From positions 11,780,001 through 11,844,000 of the forward strand of contig NC_043024.1 of NCBI RefSeq assembly GCF_006345805.1: a stretch of DNA of 64,000 bases. Direction: 5' to 3'. The notes under the pieces are model-generated. The model did not search any database. It was not told the origin of the DNA and worked only from the letters and a program-made list of their open reading frames with translations. The stretch's first letter is position 1. Each line of letters starts with the position of its first letter. This document shows positions 60,134-64,000 of the stretch, in pieces. This DNA is from Octopus sinensis (lineage: Eukaryota). The translations under genes were made by a program, and so were the position numbers.

Positions 60134-60721
60134 TATTTAAATATATATATATTATATATATAGAGATAATATATATATATGCATATTTAAATATATATAT
60201 ATAGCTATATATATATATAGTATATATATATATAATATATATATATATATATAATATATATATATATATACGACGGGCTTCTTTCAGTTTCATCCACCAA
60301 ATCCACTCACACGGCTTTGGTCGGCCCGGGGTTATAGTAGAAAACACTTGCCCAAGTTGCCACGCGGTGGGACTGAACCCAGAACCATGACGTCGGTTAG
60401 CAAGCTACTTACCACACAGCCACTCCTGCGCCTATAATCGATAATTCTATATTTATATCTTTGCCGTGTATATCTTACGTACTTTACTCTTTTACTCTTT
60501 TACTCTTTTACTCTTTTACTTGTTTCAGTCATTTGACTGTGGCCATGCTGGAGCACCGCCTTTAGTCGAGCAAATCGACCCTGGGACTTATTCTTTTGTA
60601 AGCCCAGTACTTATTCTATCGGTCTCTTTTTGCCGAACCGCTAAGTGAATTTGTGCATATAAAACTCGTGTCTCATTCGTAACGGCGCCATTTTCTCTTC
60701 TGCGTTTCTGTTCTTCCGTAG

Positions 60722-60798
60722 CTTGGAACTTCGTATTCCACTTCGTGTACAGAAGAAACTCGACTTCGAAAACCGCTTCTCAAGAAATAGTTGAAATT
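60722..60798 (+). CDS. Coding exon 11 (phase 1-0), start of SEA-like region
   Basis: ttttctcttctgcgtttctgttcttccgtAG; (P)WNFVFHFVYRRNSTSKTASQEIVEI; GTAAGT. Confidence 0.82.
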
Positions 60799-60859
60799 GT
60801 AAGTATCTCTTATAAACTCTTTCTTTCTCTCTCTCTCTCTCTCTTCCATTTCTATGTGT

Positions 60860-61400
60860 GCGTAATTGTGACTGAGTGTGTGTGTTTGTGTGTGTGTGTG
60901 TGTATTTGTGTGTGTGTGTGTGTCCTTGTGTGTGTGTGTGTGTACGTGTGTGTGTGTTTGTGTGTGCTTGTGTGTGTGTGTGTGTGTTTGTGTGTTTGTG
61001 TGTGTTTGTGTGTGTTTGTGTGTGTGTTTTTGTTTGTGTGTGTGTGCTTTGTGTGGTGTGTGCTTGTGTGTGTGTGTCCTTGTGTGTGTGTGTGTATGTG
61101 TACGGGTGTGTGTTTGTGTGTGCTGTGGTGTGTGTGTGTGTGTGTTGTGTTTGGTTGGTTTGTTGTGTGTGTGTGGTTGTTTGTGTGTGTGTGTGGTGTG
61201 TGTTGTATGTGTGTGTATGTGTGTATGTGTTCTTGCTACTGAATGTGTTATATGTGTCTTTGTATGTGTGAGTGAGTCTGCATGCTTCTGAATGTATGTG
61301 TGGGCGGGTGCTCGTGAGTGTGTGAGTGTGCATGTGTGTGCATGTGTGTGTAAGTGTGCGCGTGCTTGTGAGTGTCTCTGTGTGAGCGTGTGTGTGTGTG
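60860..61400. repeat. (TG)n microsatellite
   Basis: Direct reading. Confidence 0.95.
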
Positions 61401-61454
61401 GGGAGGTGGTACATGTAAAGTGTTAGCAGACGCTCAGGGAAGGAAAGAAAGATG

Positions 61455-61488
61455 GTTTAACGTTTCGGACATGGTCTTCTTCAGAAAC
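61455..61488 (-). ncRNA. Minimal HHR-like motif
   Basis: gttt-CTGAAGA-a-GAC-cat-GTC-c-GAAAC-GTT-aaac. Confidence 0.5.
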
Positions 61489-61525
61489 TGAGAAAAGTTC
61501 AATAGAAAGTCCATAGAAAAATATA

Positions 61526-61582
<57 letters not shown>

Positions 61583-61583
<1 letters not shown>

Positions 61584-61784
61584 ATTAATAGTTATCGCCA
61601 TATTAATATGGCATTCTTATAGCTGTCGGACTGGCAGTGTGAAGCGGCTGACCTCCCTTGTTCGAAGGTTATAATGGATACAGATAGCTATCTTGATGGC
61701 GGTGGCCTCATGGAGCTGACCAGCGGCAGCGATTATTCTTATATCTATAAGAATGCCATATTAATATGGCGATAACTATTAATT
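61583..61784. repeat. Perfect 40-bp inverted repeat around a 122-bp GC-richer core
   Basis: 61583-61622 vs 61745-61784. Confidence 0.88.
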
Positions 61785-61829
61785 TCCAGTAAACGCTGCC
61801 GTATAATCTCTTTTATAGAGACTTAGTAA

Positions 61830-61873
<44 letters not shown>

Positions 61874-61885
61874 CTTCCATTGCAG

Positions 61886-61938
61886 ATGGAGAAAGAGCTT
61901 TCGAAACTATTATGGATATTCAGAGTCGAATATTGTGG
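61886..61938 (+). CDS. Coding exon 12 (53 nt, phase 0-2)
   Basis: tacttccattgcAG; MEKELSKLLWIFRVEYC(G); G|GTAAGC. The frame is fixed by the phases of exons 11 and 13. Confidence 0.8.
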
Positions 61939-62375
61939 GTAAGCATAAACTTTTATCACGGTTATTCCAATCTGTTTTTGCTCGAAGTATTCCAGTGCTA
62001 TTTAACGCATACATATAATATTACAATAACTGATGATGTTGCATTTTCGACCCAAACTATACAAAATTCATATTTTCAATCAAATGTTCAAGTACAGTAA
62101 CACCCGCGATAGGTGAAAATCCGCGAAGTAGAAACAGTACTGTACTGTATGTTTTTTAAAATTATTTTTATAATTTGTATATATACAGGTGCAGGAGTGG
62201 CTGTGTGGTAAGTAGCTTGTTTACCAGCCACATGGTTCCGGGTTCAGTCCCACTGCGTTGCATCTTGGGACTGAACCCGGAACCATGTAGTGGGTAAACA
62301 AGCTACTTACCACAGCCACTCCTGCGCCTATAATAATAATTATTATTTCATTTCTGTTTGAAAATCCTACTTCAG

Positions 62376-62530
62376 GTTACTTAAAGATAAAGAAATATTT
62401 ACTATAAACTGCACCTCGTCAGAAAGCAATGTTAAAGATGTTTGGACGAAGATATGGAAAGCCTTTAATAATTCACAGGAATTTCAAGACAGAGGAATTC
62501 CGAAAAATAGCATGATGTTACTTCGTGAAA
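62376..62530 (+). CDS. Coding exon 13 (phase 2-1); the gene continues beyond the window
   Basis: cctacttcAG; LLKDKEIFTINCTSSESNVKDVWTKIWKAFNNSQEFQDRGIPKNSMMLLRE; GTAAGT. The other two frames hit stops. Confidence 0.85.
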
Positions 62531-62579
62531 GTAAGTGGTGAAGTTCTTGTAATTTTTATCGCACTCAAAATCATCATTA

Positions 62580-63806
62580 ACGCAGCGAGCTGGCAGAATC
62601 GTTAGCACGCTGGATGAAATGCTTAGCAGTGTTTCGTCTGCCCTTACGTTCTGAGTTCAAATTCCGCCGAGGTCGACTCTGCCTTTCATCCTTTCGGGGT
62701 CGATTAAATAAGTACCAGTTACGCACTGGGGTCGATGTAATCGACTTAATCCGTTTGTCTGTCCTTGTTTGTCCTCTCTGTGTGTAGTAAAGAAATAGGT
62801 ATTTCGTCTGCTGCTACGTTCTGAGTTCAAATTCCGCCGAGGTCGACTCTGCCTTTCATCCTTTCGGGGTCGATTAAATAAGTACCAGTTACGCACTGGG
62901 TTTGATGTAATCGACTTTATCCGTTTGTCTGTCCTTGTTTGTCCTCTCTGTGTTTAGCCCCTTGCGGGTATTAAAAGAAATAGGTATTTCGTCTGCCGTT
63001 ACGTTCTGAGTTCAAATTCCATCAAGGTCGACTCTGCCTTTTATCTTTTCGGGGTCAATTAAATAAGTACCAGTCACGCACTGGGGTAGATGTAATCGAC
63101 TTAATCCGTTTGTCTGTCCTTGTTTGTCCTCTGTGTTTAGCCCCTTGTGGGTAGTAAAGAAATAGGTATTTCGTCTGCCCTTATGTTCTGAGTTCAAATT
63201 CCATCAAGGTCGACTCTGCCTTTCATCTTTTCGGGGTCGATTAAATAAGTACCAGTTACGCACTGGGGTCGATATAATCGACTTAATCCGTTTGTCTGTC
63301 CTTGTTTGTTCTCTCTGTGTTTAGCCCCTTGTGGGTATTAAAAGAAATAGGTATTTCGTCTGCTGCTACGTTCTGAGTTCAAATTCCGCCGAGGTCGACT
63401 CTGCCTTTCATCATTTCGGGGTCGATTAAATAAGTACCAGTTACGCACTGGGGTCGATGTAATCGACTTTATCCGTTTGTCTGTCCTTGTTTGTCCTCTC
63501 TGTGTTTAGCCCCTTGTGGGTATTAAAAGAAATAGGTATTTCGTCTGCCGTTACGTTCTGAGTTCAAATTCCATCAAGGTCGACTTTGCCTTTCATCTTT
63601 TCGGGGTCGATTAAATAAGTACCAGTTACTCACTGGGGTCGATATAATCGACTTAATCCGTTTGTCTGTCCTTGTTTGTTCTCTCTGTGTTTAGCCCCTT
63701 GTGGGTATTAAAAGAAATAGGTATTTCGTCTGCTGCTACGTTCTGAGTTCAAATTCCGCCGAGGTCGACTCTGCCTTTCATCCTTTCGGGGTCGATTAAA
63801 TAAATA
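62580..63806 (+). mobile_element. SINE family A multimer (head plus about 7 bodies)
   Basis: Tandem ~170-185-bp units. Confidence 0.9.
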
Positions 63807-64000
63807 CTGGATTCAAATTCCGCTGACTTGCATCCATTTGGAGTTGATGAAACAAGCACCTGTTACTTTTATTAACGTGTATTCTTGACTCCAGAAATTA
63901 AATAAGACCTTGTAGGAGATGCGTTGATTACGTCGACACCAGTACTTCACTCTTCCCCCCTTGTTCTTGTAAAGGTGCACGATGTTGGCATCCTTGAAGT

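Noticed and set aside
61886-61938. Alternative frames of exon 12 (HGERAFET... and WRKSFRNYY...)
   Set aside because: All three frames are open, but only phase 0-2 links exon 11 to the single open frame of exon 13.
12502-63197. Recurring ORFs such as [36 protein letters not shown] and MAEHSTDTCTLNVVLG
   Set aside because: They are chance frames in SINE families A, B and C.
63916-64000. Open phase-1 frame after ttgtAG at the window end
   Set aside because: It overlaps a degenerate reverse SINE A fragment (gttgattacgtcgacaccagt), has a weak acceptor and shows no donor.

Overview
Eukaryotic, AT-rich, repeat-dense genomic DNA with one 100-N gap. The tRNA-derived SINE families and microsatellite load look like an Octopus (coleoid cephalopod) assembly; that is my recollection, not a search result. 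Nearly every ORF in the supplied track is a microsatellite or transposon artefact. (1) Reading splice sites by hand gives a + strand gene that the ORF track shows only in fragments: 13 GT-AG coding exons between 37518 and 62530 join in one open frame of 468 codons that continues past the window. The architecture is signal peptide, LRRNT, five 72-nt LRR cassette exons, LRRCT, a 12-Cys Ly6/uPAR (three-finger)-like domain, a 4-Cys FN1/VWC-like module and a probable SEA-like domain. I do not recognise this combination as a named protein. (2) The window holds several unrelated families of type I hammerhead ribozyme (HHR) motifs in inverted-repeat, Penelope-like remnants. They include a canonical pair inside a 735-bp palindrome, one with an ~85-nt stem II, and a tandem pair on the sense strand of an LRR intron. 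(3) There is an orphan signal-peptide exon at 14.6 kb and a candidate terminal exon at 3.7 kb. (4) Transposons include three SINE families that form head-plus-n-body multimers, canonical Helitrons, three mariners, a Tigger/pogo, hAT and piggyBac-like MITEs, and R4/Dong-, CR1- and L1/Tx1-like LINE fragments, many nested and with readable target-site duplications (TSDs). All coordinates were counted by hand; boundaries of degenerate repeats are approximate.
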